Assembly (NCBI GenBank): GCA_038496445.1
Contig: JALMLS010000062.1
Location: 186,001 to 250,000, forward strand
DNA length: 64,000 nucleotides
Reading direction: 5' to 3'
Origin: Trichosphaerium sp. ATCC 40318
Taxonomy: Eukaryota; Protista; Tubulinea
The translations under genes and the position numbers were made by a program. Positions 50,228 through 61,087 of this stretch are shown here, piece by piece; within the stretch, counting starts at the first letter, position 1; the number at the start of each line of letters is the position of its first letter. The notes under the pieces are model-generated. The model made no database searches and was not told the DNA's origin. It was given only the letters and a program-made list of their open reading frames with translations.

Positions 50228-51241
50228 CTATTTCTTTCGTGAAATGAGTACAGTGTCTGTTATATGTCCTCCTATGAATCCTTCTGTCTCTCTTGATTCA
50301 GTAACATAATCTTTGTTATTTTCTATATACTCTTTATACTTTGGTGACCCAGGAAATCCAACATTATCAGCACAAACATAGCTTCCTGGAAACGAGAAAA
50401 TTAATAAGTATCAAACTATAAAAGCCGCTCTTGGAAATGCTGGAACCAAATTGTTTAGTGAATTGATGTACCTGGATAAAGTAAGTTTAGACCTTCTGTT
50501 GTCTTTAAATCAGGAAGATACAAAGACTTGAGATGATCAATAAACAGAAAATCAACTTTTCCTGTCAAATTATCTCTCTTTGCAATGTCTTTTATTCTTT
50601 CGCCAGCAGAACCAACAATAACCTCTACAATATGGGATAACCTACAATACATTAATACTCATAATGGAAGGTACAAAATTGTAAACGTGACAAAGGTACA
50701 TACCCAGCATGTTCAATAATCTTTGTTGCAATGGCGGCATAAAGTGGATTGAATTCAAATGAATAGAACTTTGCACCTGGCTTATCTTTTATTGCGTTAC
50801 CCATCAGAAGTGCAGAGTAACCTGTATGACCACCATATTCGAATATTATCCTTTGAGCAACAACGATTTAGTTAAACCCAAAAGGAGAAAACGTACTTTG
50901 AATCGCTTTTTTTGATCATTTCTGTCAAGAATGCTCCTTTTTCATTACCAACGTTCATTAATATTAGTTTCGGCATTTTCCCTTTTACATCTCCAGTCAA
51001 GTCATCAAAAGCTTTGAGAACTGATTCAGGGTTTCCTTTTTTCACATTAACAAATCACGTGACAAAGATAAACATAATAGTGTTAAAACTTACCTTCTTC
51101 AGAGTTTGCTAATACATACTCTAGTGTATATTGCTCAGCTGTTTTACCTCTAAACATAAGCCTGATTTTTTGGGAGAGTGCTGGAATGACGAGAGGAGTA
51201 ACCTGTTTTAAGTAATCGATATAAGGAGAGATCTGCTGCAT
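50228..51241 (-). CDS. Catechol O-methyltransferase-like SAM-dependent methyltransferase
   Basis: MNVGNEKG, IFEYGGHTGYSA, VDFLFIDHLKSLYLPDL, ADNVGFPG motifs; 4 introns. Confidence 0.88.
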
Positions 51242-52635
51242 TGCTTGATAGTTGTTAGTATTTTGAAGAATGTAACTGTCGACGTGTTTTGAGTGACTTA
51301 ACAATATATTTTTCAAGTAATTTCTCGAATATATGAGACCCCACGTTATTCTCCTTATTGAGAATACGTTTTTTAGTATGTTGAAAGTGTATCACAATGG
51401 TTTTAAGTCAAAAAACGTGAAACACGAGAAGATTCCACGCTTTTATTCCCAATTTAGATTTCTTGCATTTTGCAACTTAACGCCCGACCTCTATCCCCTA
51501 CAAAAAACTACACCATCGCAATAGCGGTATTTTGCTGGTTTTCTAATTCCGGGTGTACTGTTTGGCCGGTAACGATTATTGGCGAAAAGTAGACGGGGGT
51601 ACAGTTTATCCGGCTACAAAAACACCAGTGTAAACGACATAACAAGAAAGTACGAAAGATCTGTCCATTCTATATATACTGAACCAAGTTGTAGGTAAAT
51701 TATATAGCACACAATCTTGGACTCTAACTGACCGTACCCTCTACCAAAATCTGTATAGATTTATTCTGTAAGATTAAGCATTAAACACCCTCTACGCTTT
51801 AGACGTAAGCTGCTATCTTTTCTTCAATTATAAGTTACGATTCAAGAAAGCAAACCTCATGGCTTTGCGCTGTTCTTAGTGTACCAGTCATGAAGAGCTT
51901 GTTGCTATCTTTTACTTTGCAACATGTTACTCAAATAGCATACTATTTACCAAGTAAAAATAAACCTTTACCATTAGCTATAGAGGAAGAAGATGAATAG
52001 CTAGTGAAACCGGTAGTTAAAAAACCAAATAGCAACATGATTTTCAAGTAGATGCTTTCATCATATCTTACAAGATATTCAGTTAACGACCGAGACTCAA
52101 ATCCGGAAAGCCCGAGGGCTAATAGAAACCAACAACGTTTGTAGAGAACGAGAGTAATAGATTACACTTGTTATATCCTTGTTCACTTAGGAAAACTGGT
52201 AATGCCGAAAAAAGTCACCATGTTATCAAACCACCCTAACCACGTCTAACAAATTAATTGTTGGAAGATTAGGTGACTGGTTGAAAAAGTCAGTTGACGT
52301 TTAGTTGAAATAGATTGCAAACTATTGACCAAGTAAAAATATACAGTAAACCTGTTTGCGTCAAATTAAGCGGACTCGGACAAAATGTATACGCGGCTGG
52401 AAAAACGTTAGTACTTAGATGATATACGTTTTAGAGTATAGTGGTAATATTGTAAAGAAATCTAAATAGCAATCATGATTTTCAAGTAGATACTTTCATC
52501 ATAACGTATCTTAATAAGGAGAAGAACGTAGGTCCTCATATATTCGAGAAATTACTTGAAAAACATATTGTTAAGTCACTCAAACACGTAGACAGTTACA
52601 GACTTATATTTTCAAAACAATAACAAGTTAAAGCA

Positions 52636-53649
52636 ATGCAGCAGTATGATTACATAAACAAGGCAGTTGATCATTGGTGGTATTGCTAAGTAGCTGCCGT
52701 GTTTGTTGTGTCAAAAAGACAGTCTTCCTTTGTCATTCCAGCACTCTCTCAAACAATCTTTTCTTAAAGGTAAAACAGCTGAGCAATACACCTTAGAGTA
52801 ATGGCGAACTCTGAAGAAGGCAAGTTGTTAAATCAAACTGAACTCATAATGTTTTTTTGTCCACATCTAAAAAAGTAAAACTAATTTGTTGTGAAGATTA
52901 CTCAAAGCGGACTGACTGGAGACGTTAATGGTTGGTAATGAAAAAGGAGCATTCTTGACAGAAATGATCAAAAAAAGCGATTCAAAGTACGTTTTCTCCT
53001 TTTGGGTTTAACTAAATCGTTGTTGCTCAAAGGATAATATTCGAATATGGTGGTCATACAGGTTACTCTGCACTTCTGATGGGTAACGCAATAAAAGATA
53101 AGCCAGGTGCAAAGTTCTATTCATTTGAATTCAATCCACTTTATGCTGCCATTGCAACAAAGATTATTGAACATGCAGGGTATGTACCTTTGTCAATCTT
53201 GTTTACAAAAATCATAACCTCAATATGAGTATTAATGTGTTGTAGGTTATCCCATATTGTAAAGGTTATTATTGGACCTGCTGGCGAAAGAATAAAAGAC
53301 ATTGCAAAGAGAGATAATTTGACAGGAAAAGTTGATTTTCTGTTTATTGATCATCTCAAGTCTTTGTATCTTCCTGATTTAAAGACAACAGAAGGTCTAA
53401 ACTTACTTCATCCAGGTGCGTTAAAAAACATAAATACTTAACAAGAGCGGCTCTATGTACTTAGTTTGATACTTATTTTTTTCTTTTTCAGGAAGCTATG
53501 TTTGTGCTGATAATGTTGGCTTTCCTGGGGCGCCAAAGTATAGAGAGTATATAGAAAATAACAAAGATTATGTTACTGAATCAAGAGAGACAGAAGGATT
53601 CATAGGAGGACATATAACAGACACTGTACTCATTTCACGAAAGAAATAG
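52636..53649 (+). pseudogene. COMT-like pseudogene (5' part broken by indels and stops, 3' part intact)
   Basis: Alignment to 50228-51241 shows many small deletions and an insertion before ~52930. Confidence 0.8.
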
Positions 53650-53844
53650 AAATAAAAATTACATTTTAACCTTGTACCTTTACAACCCAATATTACAAAG
53701 TAATGTAAACTATGATGAAGTGCAAAGGTTTTTTACAGTTGTTTGTAAAGTAGTTGACTGGAAAATCCAAAAACAAGTGAGTTTTCTGATAACAAGAGCA
53801 CTAAACCGAAAACCAAAAAAATCGAGTTCAAACATTTACGCTTG

Positions 53845-53953
53845 GATTTACATGTGCCTATTGATTAGACGCAATTGGAGCATAATCGAAACCACTTTTT
53901 TTTTATCTTGGTTTTGATCGTAAATAAAAATTGCTTGCAGTTGTACTTCTTCC
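53845..53953 (+). promoter_or_regulatory. Conserved upstream block of small-RNA copy 2
   Basis: GATTTACATGTGC.TATTGATTAGACGCAATTGGAGC...TAAATAAAA (53921). Confidence 0.45.
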
Positions 53954-54031
53954 AGATCCATCAGTCATCTTACCTCAACCTTACTTTCTTACAAATAAAC
54001 CGATTGGAGCTTCGGCTCTATGGATCTTTTT
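53954..54031 (+). ncRNA. Candidate novel Pol III small RNA, copy 2
   Basis: P1 53954-61/54020-27, P2 53962-66/54002-06, loop 53967-54001, UUCG hairpin 54007-18, T5. Confidence 0.65.
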
Positions 54032-54209
54032 GCTTTTGTTTGATGCCTCGCGCTAGTCTTCAATGCCTTTTTGCTTTTGTTTCATTACTACAATAACGAT
54101 TTAATTGACTCCAGTTGGCAGGTTAATGCACTTTGTTTTACAAAAATGTGGTTAAGAAACAGGTAATAATGAGACAAATAAACTCTGTTAAAGGTAAACC
54201 AAGTTGATT

Positions 54210-57200
54210 TTATTCTTCAAGCATATGCGTTGTTGTTTTAGCTGACAAGAGTTCTTGGGCACGTGCAAGACCTACCGCAGCTTCCAATTGAAATGTGTCA
54301 TACCGAGAAAAGAGAACCAAGCTCTGAGTCTATCAAGGAAAAAACGATACCGTCAGCAAAGAAATAAAACAAGCAAACTATTCTTACCTCATTCGTTGAG
54401 TCAAGGTTATTTAAAAACTCTGGATAGTAGTTTGGTAGTGTTGGTAATCCGTAAAATACAACAGTGCGTGTCTGGTATATCCGAGATCTAGAAAAGTAAT
54501 CAATCGAATTTCAAGCTCAAAGTCAACGCCAAAAAACAAAAAACAGAAGAAAGTAAAGAAACTTGAATAGATTCGAATGACTATAACTCTGCATTCCACA
54601 GCTTATTATCTAACCCGAAAAGACTTTCATATCACAAGTATCATTCGCAAGAGTTTTACAAACATTTTCCAACTGCGAAAGAGGTGCAGATGTCGAAAAC
54701 AAATCAAATCAAAGGTTAAAAAAAAAAGCATACCTGAAAAAAAAGTGTTGTCGTTCTGTGTACAATAAAATGTCTGCTACACCCTTCTCAAAACGTTTAA
54801 GCTTTTCCATAGATTGCTTAGGGGCAATGTACCTTATTATAAAATAAGCACATAGAAGTTCAATACGGATTTTTATACAACAATAAAGATAAAAACAAAA
54901 AAAACGTACTCGCTGAGCGTTGCAAATCGTATTTCATGCTGCATATTCCTTCCTTGCTCTTCTCTGAACCAATTTCTAACACGCACAAGATCATAGTATG
55001 AAGGAAAGTACATTAGGACGTGTTTCTTTCCTTTTTCAAGGAGATGAGGCACAATCTTTTCTAAAAAATAAAGAAGTCAGCATTCCGCATAAAAATCAGC
55101 TCCCTGAATGCCCTCTTGGCATCCCAAAGCTAGGACAAGCTTTTTAAGGAATATGAAAGTGTACCTGTAAAGTGTAAGAATCGATTCTCTTCTACATCAT
55201 GAATACTACGGCCATCGATCCTAAAAACAAAAAAAAAATTAGTACAACATATCGTTGTTTCGCTATAATGACACTTACCTGTGGAATATCTGTTGAACCC
55301 CACTTATTGTAGATGCGCTTCCAGACTTGAAATTACGTCTAATTTTAAACATACCACGATAGTTACTGCAATGCTTATTCATCAATGAGTTGAACTCAAT
55401 GTGCATTGTTGATGTGAACATTAAAGTTTGCCTAAACTGTTTGTAAGAATGCTGTGCACAGTTGTAATTGACTTTTTTTTGTCCATAATATCCCAGCATA
55501 TGAATGGAATGGTAGCGCACCTGTGGTGTTGCGATTGTCCTTGAAGGAAGCGATCCATTATCGAAAAAACAGGAGAACTAAACCGAGATTTTGGAACTTC
55601 GTTTAGTCTTGTCATAATAAACCGGACATGCTCCCAATTCTGCATAAGCATAGTTTCTGGACTATCAATTACTACCAACTCAATAGAAGAAAGATAATCA
55701 TAAAAAGAAGCTAAAAAAGAAACAATAAGAAACAAGATAAAAAGGGTGAGATTCTCAAGAACTTTTTCACATGACTAAGTACGCAAACTATCGCTTGCTT
55801 TAAGGCCCCTTAATCCGTATTACCGACCAGTAACTTCTCGATCTCTATTAAATGTACAATGCGCGTTCTTCAAGCGATGGGGATTAAAGCAAAGCGACAA
55901 TCTTCGTGTGTAGTCTCAAAAAAAGAAAAGGAAGAAAATTATCAAAACCACAAAATTGATCGTACTCTGTTCTATTCTGACACGCAAGTTTATTGGACTT
56001 GCAATAATAATATCACTCTCTTTTATATCTGAATATAATTTTATACGGCCTTGTTTAAACCTTATATTTATCATAAAATCATCTCCAACATTTCCTCTCA
56101 TGATATGATTCCAATCATCTATTGAAAAAAAACCAAATGTCAGTTCGAACTTGTTGAGAAAACCATAATCCGTGATTATATAGATGTGGCGAGAGTATAC
56201 TCTGTTTATGTGTGTATGACTATGTAAGAGTATTTACCTGGTTTATTTGGGTTGGGATCGTCTTCCTGTTCAAAACCGTTTATGAAATCTTTAAGGTTCT
56301 CAACACAATCTTCAAGATTTTCTGTTTTAGCGTATTGGTTTGGAAGGAGTGATAAAAACATATTCACTACGTCATATACAATATTACGTATAGGTGCTAA
56401 TATCAAAACGCGCGGCTTAAAGTATCCTACAACACGTCAAAACGAGTGAAAATTTATAGAAAAAATAAGAAAAAAATAAGAAAAATAATTAAACGCTTTT
56501 CCTTTACCTCTATCTTTTTGAGCGTTAACGTCACCGTTCTCTGTCTTTTTCTCATTCTTTGCAATGGTTGCAAAAGCTTTAAATAAATGATTCATAATAT
56601 GTAGTACATAAGTACGTCTTATATTATTTTCGTTCTTTGCACTCATCCTACTGAATACTAAATCTTTATATGCATTTTGTAACGTAAACAGTCGCTGTTG
56701 CAATCTAGACATTGGCATATTCTCAGTCTGTGATGCTTTAGATTGAGACCTTAATGAAGTCCACTTCTCCAATAAGTTATTACGGATCTAATAGTACAAA
56801 TCAGCAAAACAATCAGACACAATCAAAAAAAAGATGACAATACAAACTTTTTGTTTTTTTCTTTTGAAGTGTTCTTGCTATGTTATCTTGCTTATAACTT
56901 ACCTCGTATGATTCTATATTATTATACAATTGCGGGAATTCTGTAGTAGAGAAATTCAATCCCATAAAATCCCAGTCAGGATGGCTATGCTGCGTGAACT
57001 TTTTCTTGATATTTTTTGTTAATATTTTTTCATCTGATACTTCTGGCATAAAAATAGCTCTAACAGCGATTAAACTCTCTTAAAATACTTCAAATGCTTT
57101 GAAACCAATCAATATAATATTTATAAAGCGTACTGGAACGAGTTTAAGCTATTTGTGACCTGTCTTGGTGGTTTTTTCGCAAGCAACTTTTTTTCTCGCT

Positions 57201-57673
57201 TTTCTGGCGTTTTACGCTGCTTTGGTGGCGTTCGTTTTATTTTTTTAGGCGCTGGTTTTTCTAGTATGGTCTGGGCGCGCCTCTTCTTTGGCTTTCGATG
57301 GCGTTAGAAATAAGTTGAGAAAAAGAATACGAAAAGCGTATTTCGCATTACATGCGCGTGTAGTGTGAGTTTTATCGTACCTTAACGCCTAGCGAGTTCA
57401 AAAGAGAGCTGTATGCGTCTTTTGTTTCAAAGTTGGTTTCTTCAAGATCTGCGTTGTCGTTTGACGCCGTAGCTTAAAAAGAGAATGTTTTAATAAATTA
57501 CGTTGAATTAAATCGCATAATATACCTCCTGGTTTACTCTTCTTGCCCAATAGGTGCGTTACATCTTTGTAAATAATATTATTATCATCGTCATTCAGCA
57601 ATTCTTCCTCTACAGGATCTAGACGTTTTCTGGGCGCGTATTTCCTTGGTTTCTTGCCCCCTTTCCGTGGCAT
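54210..57673 (-). CDS. UTP25: U3 snoRNA-associated protein 25 (Utp25/DIEXF)
   Basis: PRVLILAP, GNVGDDF, IKLYSD..SDIIIASP.NLR, DYLSSIELVVID...MQNWEHV, RQTLMF motifs. Confidence 0.9.
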
Positions 57674-57750
57674 AGTTGCGTTGTGAAAATAATTGGTTTT
57701 TGATTGTACTTGACTGTTTTTGTCAAAACGCCATTTTAACCATTTGCCGC

Positions 57751-58708
57751 ATGACTTCCATACCAGAAGAAGCTCCAATTGATACCTTGCCGTACGAAAT
57801 ACTTCTAGATATTTTGTTACGCTTAAAACATCTGCGTGATCTACTACGTTGTGAGAGTACGCATTACAGTGTTGTTTCGGTTGAAAAACGGTAATAGGTG
57901 TTTGTAAACATTGGAACATGCTCTGTGGAGATAACTACCTATGGAAGCGCATGTATTTAACGCTGTTTGGGCGTGAGAAGGAGCATTTCGCAATAGACTT
58001 CCGTGAAGATATTTTTAACACAATTCGAAAATTGGGAGCACCTAGGACATCTACAAGGCTTTTAAAGAGGCTGAGGAACGTCTTAGGAGGGCCTTTGGGT
58101 CCTATTGATAACCGGCGGTTAAATAAGGTCAGTGAAAAGCGCTTTTCTTGCTTTTACACTCTATTCCCAATTTGTACTACAAATTCCCGTGTGCCTCCTA
58201 CATCTCGTAGTTGTTGTAAGAACACACAAAGCTGGTTCAAGTCATGTTCTAAGTAGAGTGGAGCCTTCGTATTTTACTGACTTTTTTTTTTGGTAGATTA
58301 AGAACTTTGTCAAAATTGGTGTTGATGTAAACGACAAGCCACAGTATACAGGACTCACGTTTCTTGAGCTTGCTTGCTCAAGGATACCAAACCCTGTTAG
58401 TACTTGTCGTGTACTATTGAAGGCAGGTACGTACAATGAAGACTAACTAAAAAAAAGTGACCTAGTACATTTTGTTTTCCTAAAGGTTTATTGGTAGGTG
58501 CAGAAATAACTCCTTTGGCAAAACAAACAGCAGCAAAACATAGGCATTGGTACATTGCCTATTTCATAGTTAGTACGCTAATTGGTTGTATAGCTCTAAA
58601 GAATTGGCTGAATTGTTTCACGAATTTGAAGTAGCACCTATTAAAAGAGAATATCATGTTCTTATTCGTGGGTGGGAAATATTATTAAGTAAGAACAACA
58701 TGAAGTAA
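57751..58708 (+). CDS. F-box + ankyrin-repeat protein
   Basis: IDTLPYEILLDILLRL...CKHWN...DNYLWKRMY; KIGVDVN...TFLELAC...LLKAGAEI. Confidence 0.75.
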
Positions 58709-59218
58709 TAAGCAAAAGTCAAATAAAACCGAAAACCAAAAAAAGCGAGTTTTCGGCGAAGTTGCAAAAAATTGATTTCTAGTTGTTGGTCTAAACCACA
58801 TGTTTCTTCAGAGCTCTAACTAAGCTAAAGAGCTTTGAGGTTCATTTTTTTTTGCGATAGACTAGTCCAAAGCCATCAATTGAGTGTGTTTAGCCGAATT
58901 TAACAAAAGTGCAAAAAAAGGATAATATTGTTGTACCAATGTTTTGAGCGAAAATTTCACTTGAGAGAGTTACTAATAGTCATATTTCTGCTCCACCAAA
59001 GCAGTTTCGCTTGCTAAAAAAAAACAGCGCAAAACCTTCATTTTTGGCATCGCGTGGGTGATGCTAGCGTAGCATTATTTCAACTTTGCCTCTGCCTTAA
59101 AACTCCAAACCACAAATCAACAACCACTCCACACGGTTATTCTACGCACAACAAATCAGTGTAGAGTCGGTAAGTTAAAAATAACAGTCGTCAAAATGTT
59201 GAAGAAAAAAGCAACACT

Positions 59219-59331
59219 GATTTACATGTGCGTATTGATTAGACGCAATTGGAGCGTAATATTGAAAACCACTTTTTTTTTAATCTTGGTTTTGATCGTA
59301 AATAAAAGCTGCTTGCACTCATTCTTCTCCC
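59219..59331 (+). promoter_or_regulatory. Conserved upstream block of small-RNA copy 3
   Basis: Same block as copies 1 and 2; TAAATAAAA at 59299. Confidence 0.45.
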
Positions 59332-59400
59332 AGACCCATTAGTAATTACTACTTCATCTGCCGAAAAAATACTGGAGCTTCGGCTCTATGGATCTTTTTT
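59332..59400 (+). ncRNA. Candidate novel Pol III small RNA, copy 3 (different loop)
   Basis: AGACCCAU/AUGGAUCU, UAGUA/UACUG (compensatory changes), identical UUCG hairpin, T6. Confidence 0.6.
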
Positions 59401-59585
59401 GTTTGTTGCTTTTTGTTTGATACCCTCGCATCGCTCTGGTCTTCAATGTCACTGTTTGATTTGGCCTTTTACTTTTGCTTCATATTTCTTTTTGTGAGAG
59501 CGTGTCTTCTACACTTATCGAGACATAAACTATTTCAACGAATCTACTATGTTACTTTAGCTAAAACCTCTTGGTGATAGCACAT

Positions 59586-60480
59586 ATGCTTCTCAGTCTT
59601 CCTGACAAGCTTTTATACCGTATAATAGACGCTTTAGACGCAGATATAGATAGAATGCATTTAATTAGCGGGTGTAGACTTCTTTGGCGTCATGCTTACT
59701 CTAGAGAATTTTGGAGCTTGTTTGCAGAAAAATACCATCAGCATCTATCAAAACTTTTAAATCTCGCGCCACCGGGAAAGTATGTATGGCGTTCGCTTTT
59801 CGTGGATGGTAGAGCCAAATTTACACTCTCACTAGCTAACAAAGCTTAAATAGGTATTTACCGCTTTAAAAAGCAACGTAGTGTTTCACTGTACAACGAA
59901 GAGTATTATTGTGTAGTTCTAGGCGTTGTAGTAAAAGACGAACACATAACTGTTCATTTTGATGTACATGGTGACATGAGTTTGGGCAAACTCCAAACTG
60001 TAGAGTGTACGTTCAACAGCGGTTTGTAATTTTTTATTGTTGCGTATTCTTAACATCGAATATTCAGGCTCTAGAGTATGTAATATAGCACCTGTCGTAT
60101 ATGATAGCGAAATTAACGATGTGTCAAAACGAATTAAAGGCACGTGCTTGTCAGTTTTTGAAGAAATTTTTTTGTACTAACTTTTTGTTTGGAGCCAGGT
60201 ATGCTTGTGTACGATAAGGATAAGGTTATTAAAAGAGTATCGTCAAGCCTTAGCGATGTTTTAAACTTCTCTTATGGGCAATCAGGGTACGTGTGAACGA
60301 GTTTTTATCTTATGTATTTGACAACGTTTTTTTCTCGTTTTGATTGTGAAAAGAAAAATAAATGAATTTTATAGGTACACATCAACCCCTATTCTTTGGT
60401 ATAATAGAACGTTAAGAACGCTTGAAGTGTATCGAGGACAAGAGGATATAGGCAGTAACATTTATATAAACGGCCCATAA
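59586..60480 (+). CDS. F-box-like protein with unrecognised C-terminal domain
   Basis: MLLSLPDKLLYRII...CRLLWRH...FW; 4 introns, one probably GC-AG at ~60140. Confidence 0.65.
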
Positions 60481-61087
60481 TTCATCAAAAAAACAAGACT
60501 TGTTTGTTGCAAACATCTCCGCTCAACTTGAAGTTTTTAGAACACGCCTTTGTACAGATCATCCTTTTTTAACCAAAAGGAAGTTTTACACCTTCTGAAC
60601 ACGACATGGATACCTTCATAGGTATTTCTGACGTTTTTACAGTACGTGTGATTGGCGTTACGCTGTAAACTTCTTTTTATAGAGCATTGCTTTGTTGTTG
60701 CTAACGCTCAAAACCGCTACTACTGGCGTGTTTCGTGATTGGCAGTATCAACAGTAAGCGTTGGGGTGAGGAAGAAAAACCAGCGTGCACCCAATAGCTA
60801 CATAGCAAACATAACCTACGCAACAACAACTCACCATGTTTTCGTAAACAATCATTGTATCGTCTCAGGAAGCACTTGTAAGCTATTTTCTTCAGAGGCG
60901 CGTCTATGACTTCCATTACTACGCCACGACGCTGAACTTGTATTTTGTTGGCGTATGGACCTGTTGTCGTTCTTTGGAAAGCGGGCAAATCTGTCACAAC
61001 GAACCGCTTTCTTCGTATATTTGTGCACTACTAAACTAAGTGATTTAACGTTTAAACAACCAAACAAGCAACGTAACACAACCAAAC

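Larger units (their letters stand above)
49812..54031. repeat. Inverted duplication (arms ~49812-51339 and ~52531-54031) of COMT gene plus small-RNA locus
   Basis: Reverse-complement similarity; outer ~1.1 kb near-identical, inner part degenerate. Confidence 0.9.

Noticed and set aside
51943-52502. Short diverged direct repeats in the COMT spacer (~52026-52064 vs ~52464-52503)
   Set aside because: Looks like an old local duplication with no structure or coding signal.
46668-54031. RIP-like hypermutation of duplicates
   Set aside because: Differences between the recent duplicate pairs (LRR units, COMT arms, B/C) are few, mixed in type and include many indels; no evident C-to-T sweep.
55860-55882. 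Similarity to the 5.8S rRNA motif CATCGATGAAGAACGCAGC
   Set aside because: Only ~10 contiguous identical bases, no other rRNA sequence, and it is sense rather than antisense in the host transcript.
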